Shown: positions 41,815 through 53,100, counted from the stretch's first letter. The stretch: DNA of 64,000 nt from an uncultured cyanobacterium (GCA_963710605.1 CAVQBA010000004.1:1120001-1184000); one strand, 5' to 3'. The notes: generated by a model from the letters alone, not told the origin. Numbers and translations are program-made.

Positions 41815-43302
41815 TTGTTTATATTCTCAACTTTTTTACTCTATAAATTTGAATTTTTGATGACATTTTTTACGGCTAATCTTAATTTATCTTTAAAACA
41901 AACTTCCCCTGCTGTCAGGTTAATTACTTTAGCTAAAAGTATTGATCAGCAAAAACCAAGATCTAATTTACAATTTGAGCAAATTACCCGACAAAGAAAC
42001 GATCGTGAGCATTTATTTTCAGATATTATTAAGCAAATAGAAACCCAAAATTGTAGCGAAATTACTTTAGTTGAGTGGGTATATTGTTTAGCAAGCCAAA
42101 ACTATTGGAATCAATTAGATTATTCGCAAACTAAATCATTATGTACTAAGATATGGCGATTTGCTTCAAATTATCAACCTTTAAAAAAACGTTTGTTTTG
42201 GCATCTAGTCGTATTTCATCTTGAAAAGCAACAAAAATTGATTTCTGGCTTGACTGATACCTTAGAAATATACCAACCACAAAATAAACAAGATTATATT
42301 AGTCTAAAAATTATTAATTTGATTATTCAGGATAATTATCTAGATTTAGCCTTGTTATGTCTTGAAGGATGTGTGCAACCCGATCGGCTTTTGCGTCAAA
42401 ATTGTTTACCAAATTATTTTAAATCCCAAACTAAAATTAACTTAGTCAAAGAAATACAAAATCATTTTACAAAAGCATTAAGTAAAATTGATCATTTGCA
42501 ATCGCCACAGATTAACTTTTTAATTGATATAGTAGAAAATTTATCACCAAAAAACCAATTAGTTGCTGTAGAAACTCTTTTATTACAGATTCAGCCTTCG
42601 GTAGCAGGTAATTATCCTAAGTTAGTAGATTGGGTTAAACAAAATTATCTTCTTTCTACTCAAAATCAATTATCCACTAAAGGTAAACAATTATTTAAAA
42701 AATGGTTAGGAGCGATTAATTATCGTAATTTTGCTCAATTAGTCGATCTTTTAATTGAACGAGTCTCGATCGATTCAGTCGAAGACAAACAATTAACTCA
42801 AAGAAAAATATTTTGGTCTAATTATAGTGATAGATTTACTAGAATCAGAATCTTATTACCTTTTTCTACAATACAAAGATTAAACAACGACTTTAATTCA
42901 GAATCGATTACTCAACTAATCAATGATGGTAGTCAAAGTACAGAAGTAGTTATTATCGATTTTGGTGACTATTTAATTGTCGAATTTTTTCGTGGTAAAG
43001 GCGGTGAAGTGCGTGTTTTTACTAAAACAAAAGAACTAGAGCAAGAACTATTTGACTCCGAAGATATGTACTTAAAAAAAATAAGAGCATTATCAATTGA
43101 ACATACCAGTATTTTCGATCGTTGTGTTTATTGGCAAACAGAATTTGCTCAGCTTTTAGAAACTCAAGAAATTTTTCCTAATGATTACTTAGACTACTTG
43201 CAAATAGAAGCCAACCAAAAAGGGATACTTTATCAACCCTACAACTTACCATCATTAAATCTACAACAACAAAACCAAAGACAAAAACAATTGTCAAATT
43301 AG
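41815..43302 (+). CDS. EH-signature-domain protein (ZorC-like domain); the frame stays open past TAG to 43449
   Basis: C-terminal RKIFWSNYS..IIDFGDYLIVEFFRG..VRVF pattern; family recalled from motif resemblance. Confidence 0.6.
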   Translation: MFIFSTFLLYKFEFLMTFFTANLNLSLKQTSPAVRLITLAKSIDQQKPRSNLQFEQITRQRNDREHLFSDIIKQIETQNCSEITLVEWVYCLASQNYWNQLDYSQTKSLCTKIWRFASNYQPLKKRLFWHLVVFHLEKQQKLISGLTDTLEIYQPQNKQDYISLKIINLIIQDNYLDLALLCLEGCVQPDRLLRQNCLPNYFKSQTKINLVKEIQNHFTKALSKIDHLQSPQINFLIDIVENLSPKNQLVAVETLLLQIQPSVAGNYPKLVDWVKQNYLLSTQNQLSTKGKQLFKKWLGAINYRNFAQLVDLLIERVSIDSVEDKQLTQRKIFWSNYSDRFTRIRILLPFSTIQRLNNDFNSESITQLINDGSQSTEVVIIDFGDYLIVEFFRGKGGEVRVFTKTKELEQELFDSEDMYLKKIRALSIEHTSIFDRCVYWQTEFAQLLETQEIFPNDYLDYLQIEANQKGILYQPYNLPSLNLQQQNQRQKQLSN

Positions 43303-43641
43303 CAACAAAATATACTTAAACTGGAACATGATGCTTATAAGTATCGTCGAAGAGAACGTAACTTGCATAATCCCCATTCGGTTTTAATTTTTAAAGATAA
43401 TAAATTATTAAGTAATCAACAAAAATCAAAACGTGAGTTTATCGACTAAATTTAAATGCCATAAATACTCATACTATTATACCGATCGCTCGATAATCTC
43501 TAAAAATATAGTTTTGAATTCCAACCAAACTGAACTAAGCTAATTTATTATTCAAGACAATTAATTTTCCGTAGTACGAAAAAAAGGGATGAACATTTTG
43601 CCGAAGAGTAAAAATAAATAACCAATAACAAAACTAAAATT

Positions 43642-44943
43642 ATGTTTCAAGTATTAGATGTATTTCCCGAAATTTTGTTTGATATCAGCGATTATAATGG
43701 TGATAGTATTTACGAGTTAGGGGAAGTCTTTGCTAATAGCCCGATCGTAATTCAAGGATACGTATATAACATAGAGAATCAAGATATTGACTTTGAACTT
43801 TACTATGATAGAAATGGTAATAGAAGATTTGATAGTGGCGATGGTGATGCCATTGCATTCTCGGAAAATAGCGGTACTAACCCCGAATCGATCGAATATT
43901 TAGCAGAAGAATCTGGATTATACTACGCTAGAATTTATAATTTTGATCAAACAAGCATCACTCCCCCTAATTTTAGTGTTTTAGGAGTATTGCCAGAAAA
44001 TATTATCTCAGTAAATCGGACAAATACAGCTACCTCGACTTTCAACATTGAAGGTAACAATTCTGATTTTCCTTTTGAGGATGTAACCTTCGTCGAATAC
44101 CAATTTCCCGCCGATGGAAATATCCGTACACGTGTTTCTTCAAACTCATTTGAACCCGGCTTAGATGTTTATGCCATCGACGATTCTAATGAGAACGGTA
44201 TTTTAGATGTTGAAGACGAAATACTTGATTATACGTTTATTGTCAAAGATAACAGCTCTTCTGAGTTATCTTTCTCTGTGCTAGAAGGATCTGGTTTTTT
44301 AGCGATCGATAATCTAAGTGGTTTTGGTAGTAGCATAACAATAGAAACATCTTACGGCAATAATAACTCAGCATTAACTTTAGAGCAAGGTACAGCGCAA
44401 ATTGCTTATGTCGCATACTATGGCAGACCAGCCGATCCAGGTGGTTTAGCTTATTGGGATAACCGTTTAGGTGAAGAAGGAATTAGCTATTCTCCTCGTG
44501 GTGGAGATCTTCTCACTGGTTCTCAAGAAAGAAACAGTTATAGAGGTATAGTCAATGGTTTCGGTAATTCAGGCGAAGCTAATCGAGTTTTTGATGGTTT
44601 AAGTAATCGTCAAAAAGTCAATCAAGTTTATAACTTTGCATTTGGTCGTAATGGAGATTCTGAAGGTTTAAGCTATTGGACTGGTCAGCTTAATCAAGGT
44701 AATGTAAACTTAACCACTTTTGCTCTAGAAGTCGCATTAGGAGCACAAAACCAAGATCTTGAAGTCTTACAAAACAAAATTGACAGTGCCAATTTATTTT
44801 CTCAAGGAGTTAGTACTAACCCACAAGGAGGTGATTACTCTGGCAGTAGAGGTGAAATTTTTGGTCGTGATTGGTTATTTGATTATGGAAATACAGTTGC
44901 AACTATTGGTGATGTAAATAATGCGATTAATAGTATCGCTTAA
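43642..44943 (+). CDS. Acidic surface protein with a C-terminal DUF4214/RsaA-like domain
   Basis: AYVAYYGRPADPGGLAYW..FGNSGEA..VYNFAFGR..EGLSYW. Confidence 0.8.
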   Translation: MFQVLDVFPEILFDISDYNGDSIYELGEVFANSPIVIQGYVYNIENQDIDFELYYDRNGNRRFDSGDGDAIAFSENSGTNPESIEYLAEESGLYYARIYNFDQTSITPPNFSVLGVLPENIISVNRTNTATSTFNIEGNNSDFPFEDVTFVEYQFPADGNIRTRVSSNSFEPGLDVYAIDDSNENGILDVEDEILDYTFIVKDNSSSELSFSVLEGSGFLAIDNLSGFGSSITIETSYGNNNSALTLEQGTAQIAYVAYYGRPADPGGLAYWDNRLGEEGISYSPRGGDLLTGSQERNSYRGIVNGFGNSGEANRVFDGLSNRQKVNQVYNFAFGRNGDSEGLSYWTGQLNQGNVNLTTFALEVALGAQNQDLEVLQNKIDSANLFSQGVSTNPQGGDYSGSRGEIFGRDWLFDYGNTVATIGDVNNAINSIA

Positions 44944-45337
44944 TCACTATTTTCATTGTTGCTGATTATTGCATAACCTTTTTTAAGATAACGAAAATGT
45001 AAGTGAGCGAATTCCCCATTCTTCTTAAGATGGGGTCGTTCATCTCCTCCTGAAAAAAGAGAAGACAGGGTGGTGAATTGTTTGTTTTATTATCTTTGTC
45101 ACATTACTATTCAAACTGATGTAGATGATGCTTTGAACAGCTTTTTAGTTGAATTACCTTCTGTTTATAATTACTAGCTAGCTTTTCAAATTCTTTGATA
45201 ATTAATCGTATTAAACTTTGTAATATTTTTTGTTTCGGTTTTAGTTTACTATGGCAAAATATAACGATCGATTTTTATTCTCAATTTAGATGATTAATTT
45301 TACTTTTGACTAATCTAAATTTATTGGTTAAAAAAAC

Positions 45338-45352
45338 TGAGAATGATTATCA
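45338..45352. promoter_or_regulatory. Putative Fur-family box
   Basis: TGAGAAT-G-ATTATCA, 13/14 match to the 7-1-7 motif TGATAAT-N-ATTATCA, ~43 bp upstream of ATG 45395. Confidence 0.5.
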
Positions 45353-45394
45353 GCGTTAAAACCTAAAATAGATAATCAACGGAAAGATAAAACT

Positions 45395-46726
45395 ATGGTA
45401 CAAATAATAGAGGCATTTCCCGAACTTTTGTTTGATGTCACCGATTATGAAGGTGATAATACATATAGATTAGATATAGCGATCGTTTTACCAAATAATC
45501 CAGTTTTCATTCAGGGGTATTTATATAATATTGCTAATGCCAATATTGACACTGAAATTTACTATGATAGTAATTTTAATGGAACATTTGACAGTACAGA
45601 TACATTAGTTGCTCAATCGAATAATAGTGGCACTGAATCAGAGTCGATCGAATATTTAGCAGAAAATCCTGGATTTTACTTTGGTAGAGTCTTTAATGTC
45701 GAAGGTTCTGAAACTGGTACACCTAGCTTTAATTTTACTGTTATACCTGTACTTCAAAACAATGTTATTCCAATAAGTCAAACAAACACAACTAGTAATA
45801 GTTTTGAGTTACAAAGTAACAATCCTGATTCTTCGTTATTAGATGTAATTGTGATTGAAGCCCAGTTTCCTACTTTAGGGCGTGTTCGAGCAAATATATC
45901 TTCAGATTCTACTGACTCAGATATTAATTTTTTACTCGTTGAAGATTCTAACGAAAACGGCATTTTAGATGCTGAAGATGAGATACTTGGTCAATCAGCT
46001 ATTAACAGTACAGAATCCAGCCAAGAGTTAGTTTTTGCTGTCTCAGAAAGTACAGGTTTCTTAGTTTTAGATAATAATGCAGAACAAAGTGTTACTGTAA
46101 ATGCTGAAATATCTTATGATGTCTTAGCCTCAGATAATCCACCCTTAACTTTAGAACAAGGAACGGCACAAATAGCTTATGTAGCATATTATGGTCGCCC
46201 GGGTGATTCAAGTGGTCTGAATTTTTGGAATAATGTTTTAGCTCAACAAGACATAGAATATTCTCCTCGTAGTGGAGATACTCTCACTAATGATGAACAA
46301 GCAGTTTACGATCAATTAACTAGCAGTTTTGGTGATTCAGACGAAGCTAATCGATTTTATGGTGCTTTAGATAATACTCAAAGAATCAACCAAATTTATA
46401 ATAATGCTTTCGATCGTAATGGCGAAAATACTGGTTTAAATTATTGGACTACTCAGCTTGATGAAGGTAATCTAGATTTAACTAAATTAGCATTAGAAAT
46501 CGCTTTAGGTGCCCAAAACGAAGATTTGTTAGCATTACAAAATAAAATCGAAAGTGCTAATTTATTCTCTCAAGGAATTGATACCAGCGAAGAAATAGCG
46601 GCTTACTCAGGTGCGGCAGGAGAAGCTTTTGGTCGTGAATGGTTAAGCAATTTTAATATGTTTGTTGCGAACCAAACTAATGTTGATACTGCCTTAAGTA
46701 CTTTAGTCGGTGGTGTTATTATTTAA
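45395..46726 (+). CDS. Paralogous DUF4214/RsaA-like surface protein
   Basis: Full-length similarity to 43642-44943 (FPE.LFD..DY.GD, ESIEYLAE, DSNENGILD.EDEIL, LTLEQGTAQIAYVAYYGRP). Confidence 0.8.
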   Translation: MVQIIEAFPELLFDVTDYEGDNTYRLDIAIVLPNNPVFIQGYLYNIANANIDTEIYYDSNFNGTFDSTDTLVAQSNNSGTESESIEYLAENPGFYFGRVFNVEGSETGTPSFNFTVIPVLQNNVIPISQTNTTSNSFELQSNNPDSSLLDVIVIEAQFPTLGRVRANISSDSTDSDINFLLVEDSNENGILDAEDEILGQSAINSTESSQELVFAVSESTGFLVLDNNAEQSVTVNAEISYDVLASDNPPLTLEQGTAQIAYVAYYGRPGDSSGLNFWNNVLAQQDIEYSPRSGDTLTNDEQAVYDQLTSSFGDSDEANRFYGALDNTQRINQIYNNAFDRNGENTGLNYWTTQLDEGNLDLTKLALEIALGAQNEDLLALQNKIESANLFSQGIDTSEEIAAYSGAAGEAFGREWLSNFNMFVANQTNVDTALSTLVGGVII

Positions 46727-46855
46727 ATTTTTTGCAGTTAGGAATTAATTCGGTTGTTTATTTTAACTAAGGCTATTGAAGTAACCGTTTAGATAATTAG
46801 ACAATCTCCTTACCACCCCTCCTTTAATCAAGAAGGGGAACAAATATCATTTACC

Positions 46856-48166
46856 TCAATCAAGAGAAATTAAATCTTGAATTGCTTGAGCCGTATCGTT
46901 TAGATGTTCTGGGCAAAGGTTATTTGTTTGTGTATAAACCATTTGCTCACTTACTTTTTTGGCTAAATATTCCATTAAAGGATAAGCTTTAAATTCGATC
47001 GCTGTCTCGATAAAGTCAATTAATCCTTGGGTGTAAACTTCGGATGTATGGTTTTTATTTAATAATTCTTGACCATTATTTCCTAACTCAACAAATTCTT
47101 GAGGAGAAACTAAAAGATTTTGTAAATACTTTTGTATATCTTCAATTTCATTTTCAGGAGCAACAAATTTAACCGTGTTAGCTGGTAATGTACCATACCA
47201 ACCAGTTTTAGTGACTAAGCTAGGTAAAGCATGACTCCAAATTCTTAATTGGCTAGCAGAGGCTTCTCCCATAGAGGGGTAACGCAAATTTAAAGCTAAA
47301 TCAGCTTTGTCAAGAGCCGATTCAAGTACCTTTTCGGGTACAAAACCATGTATCTTAATCAGTTTATTAAGTTTAAGAGCAGAGATTTTGTTTTGTACAT
47401 TACCCAGATTAGAAAGTTCACCGTAAATATCAAGATGAAAACTATCTTTTTCGGGTAAAGTAGCTAACGCATCTAGGATAGAATCTAGACGACGATTTGA
47501 ACCAATATAACCAAAAACGATTAGTTTATAAGGTGGGCGACGTACCGCAACAGATTTAGAGTATGATTTAGAATTATTAGTACTCTGATGAGGTAGAGGA
47601 ACATAACCAACTAAATGATTAGCGTTTTCACTTAACTGTTGATACACCTGTTGATTGTGAGTAACAATACCAATCATACCTTCAGTCGCTAAATTGGTCA
47701 TCGGGTGATTTTGAGCCATGTATTCACTTGACAAAATACCATCAGTAAAATCTTTAATTATCGGTTGCTCTTTTTGCCCTGCTAAATTAATTTTATTATT
47801 TTGATAACTATTTAAATTTTGTTGCTGGGCTTTGTACATTTCGCCAAAGAAATCAAATAATTTTAAATCATGTAAAACCACAATTCCCGGACACAAACGG
47901 CTAATTTCCCAAATTTTGCTATGAAAAAGAGGATTATTACCAATATGATAAATATTAAAATCAGCTTGATTAATTTTTAACCAATTTAGATGTCGGTGCT
48001 GATATTGCTCAACTTGAGCATATTGTTCTAGTTTACTATCCCAACTATTTTGATCCGTCCACAAAACTATTTGAGCATATTTACTTAATTCAGGTAGTAT
48101 CCGCCAAGTATAGGAAGCGATTTCTGTTTTGGCAGGTAATAAAGGAGAAAACCAATTTAATTTCAT
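46856..48166 (-). CDS. Glycosyltransferase (GT4-like)
   Basis: WFSPL.P..TEIA.Y, YHIGNN..H, VVLHD and NLRYPSMGEASA. Confidence 0.85.
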   Translation of the reverse strand: MKLNWFSPLLPAKTEIASYTWRILPELSKYAQIVLWTDQNSWDSKLEQYAQVEQYQHRHLNWLKINQADFNIYHIGNNPLFHSKIWEISRLCPGIVVLHDLKLFDFFGEMYKAQQQNLNSYQNNKINLAGQKEQPIIKDFTDGILSSEYMAQNHPMTNLATEGMIGIVTHNQQVYQQLSENANHLVGYVPLPHQSTNNSKSYSKSVAVRRPPYKLIVFGYIGSNRRLDSILDALATLPEKDSFHLDIYGELSNLGNVQNKISALKLNKLIKIHGFVPEKVLESALDKADLALNLRYPSMGEASASQLRIWSHALPSLVTKTGWYGTLPANTVKFVAPENEIEDIQKYLQNLLVSPQEFVELGNNGQELLNKNHTSEVYTQGLIDFIETAIEFKAYPLMEYLAKKVSEQMVYTQTNNLCPEHLNDTAQAIQDLISLD

Positions 48167-49209
48167 TTTAAAAGTGTTTTAACAACGTGAGACCAACTAA
48201 TATTGAGACTATGATAATAATCTTTTCCTGCTTTACCAAACTTTTGGGCTAAAGACTTGTTTTCCCAAAGCTCATCTAAAGCGATCGCTATTTCTTCAGG
48301 CTGTGATTCAACAATTAAGCCCGTTTGACGATTTTTAATTAATTCAATTGGACCACCTGAATCATTACAGCTAATCACGGGTTTAGCAGATAACATTCCT
48401 TCTAAGGTGATATATCCATAATCTTCTTCATAAGGTGGATAAATTACTCCTAAACATTGAGCATAATGCTTAAGTTTGTCAGTTTCACTAATACTACCGA
48501 GAAAAACAACTTTATTAGATACACCCAAAGTTTTCGCCAAATTGGAAAGTTCTTTTTGATACTTATTATTATCAGCTTTACCTGCGAAAACCACTTTAAC
48601 ATCATTTTTAGTTTTTGCTAAAGCCTGAATGACTAAATATTGTCTTTTACTCGGATTTAATCGGCTCGGATAAAAGAAATAATCGTTATAGCTGTCGGTG
48701 TAAAAATTATCGGCATTATTTGGTGGATGATATAAAGGAATGGCATCAATGTCATTAAATTTTTTTAATCTTTTAGCGACATTAACCGAATTAGCATATA
48801 AAGGAATATTTTCATCTAATATTTTACTATCAGCATTAATAATGGCTTGTTTGACTTGCCATCCATTGGGATAATGTTCTAAGTCACCAAATTTTGTCCC
48901 CCAAAGTTCATATGCTTGACGGTGCTGATGAAGTAGCCAAACTATTTTATGCGGATGAGGAATCATGTAAGCTGGAAACTTTAACGCAATCATTCGATCG
49001 ATTTTATCCCCACAAGTAAGAGACAAATCCGTAAGACGACAACATAACATCGCATCTAATATTTTTTCGGGAGGATACCATTTAAAAGGGATAGCCACAA
49101 TTTCTGCTTCATGCCCAAGTTGTTGTAATGCGGTAACCAAATTTTCAGCATGGATTTCTGCACCTCCTCTAACAAAAGGCACTTGAGTGGTCGCGACAAC
49201 TATTTTCAT
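48163..49209 (-). CDS. Glycosyltransferase family 4
   Basis: PFVRGGAE, SRL...KR and EDYGYITLEGM. Confidence 0.9.
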   Translation of the reverse strand: MKIVVATTQVPFVRGGAEIHAENLVTALQQLGHEAEIVAIPFKWYPPEKILDAMLCCRLTDLSLTCGDKIDRMIALKFPAYMIPHPHKIVWLLHQHRQAYELWGTKFGDLEHYPNGWQVKQAIINADSKILDENIPLYANSVNVAKRLKKFNDIDAIPLYHPPNNADNFYTDSYNDYFFYPSRLNPSKRQYLVIQALAKTKNDVKVVFAGKADNNKYQKELSNLAKTLGVSNKVVFLGSISETDKLKHYAQCLGVIYPPYEEDYGYITLEGMLSAKPVISCNDSGGPIELIKNRQTGLIVESQPEEIAIALDELWENKSLAQKFGKAGKDYYHSLNISWSHVVKTLLK

Positions 49210-49212
49210 CTT

Positions 49213-50571
49213 TTATTCTTTATAACCTATGATTGAATAATCTTGTTCACTATAAAAGTGTTGATTTAATCTTTGTGCTAATTCCGAACCTTCTAATCGT
49301 ACATTTTCTGGGTAAGGATTAAGATTTAAAATTTGTACCCGTGAAAGTCCTTGAAATTGAGCGACAAACTCAATTAGTTTACTAGGTAAAGGATGCAAAT
49401 GTGTCGGATCGATATAAAATTTGTTAGCCCCAACTAAAACATTTTCAGGATTAGGTGTTTCTAAAATGACAATTGCTCCTGTTTTTAAGACTCTAACTAT
49501 CTGAGTAAATAATTGCATCAAAATATTAAAGGGTAAGTGTTCAATGATATGAAAACCTGTTATACCACCTAAACACTCATCAGGAAGTGATTTGAGATGC
49601 TCTATTACATCAGCGTGAATGACATCTAATCCTTTGTCTTGGCATTCTTGTACCATAATACGATTTAAATCGATTCCTCTAGCATCATAATCATTTTTTT
49701 GTAATAAATCTATCCATTCTCCTCTTCCACAACCGACATCTAAGATAGGGGCTTTATTTGTTTCTATACTTGATTTTTCGATAAATGGTAAATAGACTTT
49801 TAGTTTATCAGTTACCTCTTCTTGGCTTCCTCTAAATTGATCTTCTAAAGCAAGATAAAAGCCATCAAAAAAGCTATTGTCTGCTTCATTACCAATAATT
49901 TGCTCTCGAGTATCAAAAATAATTTGTTGATTATCAGTAACTTGTTGTTGAGTACTAAAAATAATTTGTTGATTATCAGTAACTTGTTGTTGAGTACTAA
50001 AAATAGTTTGTTGATTATTGCTAACTTGCTGTTGAGTACTAAAAATAGTTTGTTGATTATTGCTAACTTGCTGTTGAGTACTAAAAATAGTTTGTTGATT
50101 ATTGCTAACTTGTTGTTGAGTAGAACAGACTATTTGCTCTTGCCCTGACAAATTTTGCTTATTTAAGTCAACTTGTTGGCTAATTTTTCCTAGTGATTCG
50201 TTAAACGTATTTAACTGATTAACTAATTGCTCATTAATATTTATACTAGTCTTTAACCCTTGAATTAAAGAATTATTGATAACAGCTTGTTTTTTAAAAA
50301 TAAAACTATATACTTTAAGAATTATTTTTTGCAAAATACTTAAATTAAAAGGAAAAAAATTGAGCTTAGCTGGCCATTGGATTTCATTTTGGCTAAAGGA
50401 TTCTGCATTAGCGACTAACGTTTGAAGATATGTAAATTGCGATAATAGCTGTGTAAATAAAAATTCCTCTACAGGTTCATTTACTTCTGAGTACTGACTC
50501 ATTGGCATTTCACTTTTGATTAATTCAGTTATTGTCTTAGTTGTTAACTGTGGTTTACTTATTGGCAACAT
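49213..50571 (-). CDS. SAM-dependent methyltransferase with an N-terminal coiled coil (glycan chain terminator-like)
   Basis: YLALEDQFRGS, LDVGCGRGEW, FHIIEHL, ETPNP and DPTH. Confidence 0.85.
   Translation of the reverse strand: MLPISKPQLTTKTITELIKSEMPMSQYSEVNEPVEEFLFTQLLSQFTYLQTLVANAESFSQNEIQWPAKLNFFPFNLSILQKIILKVYSFIFKKQAVINNSLIQGLKTSININEQLVNQLNTFNESLGKISQQVDLNKQNLSGQEQIVCSTQQQVSNNQQTIFSTQQQVSNNQQTIFSTQQQVSNNQQTIFSTQQQVTDNQQIIFSTQQQVTDNQQIIFDTREQIIGNEADNSFFDGFYLALEDQFRGSQEEVTDKLKVYLPFIEKSSIETNKAPILDVGCGRGEWIDLLQKNDYDARGIDLNRIMVQECQDKGLDVIHADVIEHLKSLPDECLGGITGFHIIEHLPFNILMQLFTQIVRVLKTGAIVILETPNPENVLVGANKFYIDPTHLHPLPSKLIEFVAQFQGLSRVQILNLNPYPENVRLEGSELAQRLNQHFYSEQDYSIIGYKE
49915..50122. repeat. 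Five in-frame 42-bp tandem repeats (STQQQVSNNQQTIF)
   Basis: Units start at 49915, 49957, 49999, 50041 and 50083. Confidence 0.95.
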
Positions 50572-50755
50572 AATTTAGTTTACTGATTGATAGTATAGTA
50601 TTATATCGGGTAAGGTTTAGGAGTCACCCATTTTGAAGTTGATTCTATAGTAAGAACATTTATTAATCATTCATTCTTAATTATCCTTTTGATCAGCCTT
50701 CTAAATAGAGTATTTTTTTGTCTCAATTTTAAGTGTAATTATCTATTCTTTATTC

Positions 50756-51688
50756 CTATCTCATTTTTTCTTTATTAGGCAAGATTTGAGTAAAGTTTTC
50801 AATTGCTTTAAGATACGATCGTTCTTTATTATAAATACTAATATGGTCAACATCAGGCACAATAAACAACTGTTTAGGTTTTGAAGCGAGGGCATATAAA
50901 CGATCGCTCATTTGATAAGGTACAACCGAGTCAGATTTTCCGTGGAGAAATAAAACAGGTACTTGTAACGATCTGATTTTAGAAATAGAGTCAAACCGCT
51001 GATTGAGAATTAAATCGATCGGCATAATCTGAAAAATACCCCTTTGTTTAACTACCTCAGCCATCGAAGTAAAAGTACTTTGCATAATCAATCCACCTGT
51101 TTCAGGTTTTTCAATCGCTAAATCTAATCCGATCGCACCTCCTAAAGATTCACCATAAATAATAATTTGTTCAGGAGGAATATTACGTACTTGGGTTAAA
51201 TAATTCCAAACAGCTTGACTATCTTCATACAGTTGAGTCTCCTTAGGAAAACCTCCATCACTAGTACCATATCCTCGGTAATCAAACATCAAAACAGAAA
51301 AGCCTAACTGTCTAAATACAGACGTTCTAGCAACATAATGATAGCCACCCATATTTCGTCCTATACCACATAAATAAAGTATTGTTTTAGGTGAGTTAAG
51401 AACTTGGACTGGCTCTTCTGGTAAGATAAAATACGGCTCTTCAGGCGATGCAGACGGAATCCACCAGCCGTGCATTTTATCGGTTGTATTCTTAATTTCG
51501 ATCGAAACATCTTCATAAGGAAGGTTAAATTCAGAGGCACTTGGAAGCGTTGCCAAGTCTGGTAAGGGGCGATAGATGAGGTAACGTTGCGTCACAGTTA
51601 AAAAAAGAACAAAACCAAGATAGATAATTGCGAAGATACTAAATATTCGTAATAAAGTTTTAGAGATTCTTTTAATTCGTCTTCTCAT
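50756..51688 (-). CDS. Alpha/beta hydrolase
   Basis: DYRGYG, YGESLGG and LHGKSDSVVP. Confidence 0.88.
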   Translation of the reverse strand: MRRRIKRISKTLLRIFSIFAIIYLGFVLFLTVTQRYLIYRPLPDLATLPSASEFNLPYEDVSIEIKNTTDKMHGWWIPSASPEEPYFILPEEPVQVLNSPKTILYLCGIGRNMGGYHYVARTSVFRQLGFSVLMFDYRGYGTSDGGFPKETQLYEDSQAVWNYLTQVRNIPPEQIIIYGESLGGAIGLDLAIEKPETGGLIMQSTFTSMAEVVKQRGIFQIMPIDLILNQRFDSISKIRSLQVPVLFLHGKSDSVVPYQMSDRLYALASKPKQLFIVPDVDHISIYNKERSYLKAIENFTQILPNKEKMR

Positions 51689-52194
51689 GCCGTGACAATA
51701 AATGATTTGCTTTTTGAGACAAGTATAAATCTGTTTTTCTTCTCTTTCAAGAGTTAAAAAAAAGAGGTTGACAATATTTACGTCATGTATAACGATATTA
51801 TTTCTCGTACAGGAAATGTTTGTGTTTGAAACATTTATGATCTTGAGTTATGAACCGCAGAGGACGCGGAGGACGCAGAGAGGAGAAAGAAGAGAGAGAA
51901 GAAGGAAGAGAGAATTTGTAATTAGTATCGATCGTTTCAGTCGTAACGTAAAATTAATCATATATTTCGGTTCTAAGTTGACAACGATAAAACCTCGGCT
52001 GAATCGAGGGTACAAGCCCTCTTGGTGGACGTTCCCTTGCGAAAAAGTGTGGTCTTGGGGGTATCCCCCATGAACAACTTTTTCAAGACGCGTCTTTCGC
52101 TTCTGTCAGCGGGCTTCCACCGCTTGCACCCCTACCAAATATTTTACATATAATTTAAAACTTAATTGAAATAACTATAAAATCATCAAACTAT

Positions 52195-53100
52195 TTAATA
52201 TTTAATACGATCGCGGTTATCGCCTGTTGGTACACTCTTTTCTAAAAATTCGATAATTTTATCGGCTACATCAACTTCAGAGGCTTTTTCGATACCTTCT
52301 AACCCTGGAGAGGAATTAACCTCCATCACTACTGGGCCATGATTAGAGCGTAATAAATCTACACCTGCTATTTTTAAACCCATTGCTTTAGCCGATCGTA
52401 TTGCGGTGCTTCTTTCTTCGGGTGTCAATTTAATTTTTTGAGCCGAGCCACCACGATGTAAATTAGAACGAAATTCGCCTTCGGGGCCTTGTCTTTTCAT
52501 TGAAGCAACGACTTTATTATTGACCACGAAACAACGAATATCCGCTCCTCCTGCTTCTTTAATAAATTCTTGCACTAAAATATTAGCATCTAAACCACGA
52601 AAGGCTTGAATCACAGAACTCGCCGCCTGTTGTGTTTCGGCTAAAACTACGCCTATACCTTGAGTGCCTTCTAACAGTTTAATGACTAATGGTGCTCCTC
52701 CCACTGTCTCAATTAATCCGTCAATATCCTCGGTACTATGAGCAAATCCTGTTACGGGTAAACCGATTCCTTCTCTTGCTAGAATTTGGACACATCTTAA
52801 TTTATCACGCGATCGAGAAATTGCCTGAGATTCATTTGCACTAAATACATTCATCACTTCAAATTGTCTGACTACCGACAAACCATAAAAAGTTTTCGAT
52901 GCCCCAATACGAGGAATAATGGCATCAAAATTTTCTAAAACACTTCCTCGATAAACAATGCTAGGACGATGAGATGTAATGTTCATATAACATCTAAGAT
53001 AGTTAACAATTTTAACTTCATGTCCTCGTTTTTCCCCTGCCTCTTTTAATCTTTTAGTCGAGTATAGGTTACCATTTTGAGATAAGATGGCAATTTTCAT
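52195..53100 (-). CDS. rimK: RimK-family ATP-grasp glutamate ligase
   Basis: [30 protein letters not shown] and [12 protein letters not shown]. Confidence 0.93.
   Translation of the reverse strand: MKIAILSQNGNLYSTKRLKEAGEKRGHEVKIVNYLRCYMNITSHRPSIVYRGSVLENFDAIIPRIGASKTFYGLSVVRQFEVMNVFSANESQAISRSRDKLRCVQILAREGIGLPVTGFAHSTEDIDGLIETVGGAPLVIKLLEGTQGIGVVLAETQQAASSVIQAFRGLDANILVQEFIKEAGGADIRCFVVNNKVVASMKRQGPEGEFRSNLHRGGSAQKIKLTPEERSTAIRSAKAMGLKIAGVDLLRSNHGPVVMEVNSSPGLEGIEKASEVDVADKIIEFLEKSVPTGDNRDRIKY

Noticed and set aside
51768-52073. 101-aa ORF (likewise 191-433 and 12434-12640)
   Set aside because: They run through dispersed-repeat and low-complexity DNA with no protein-like features
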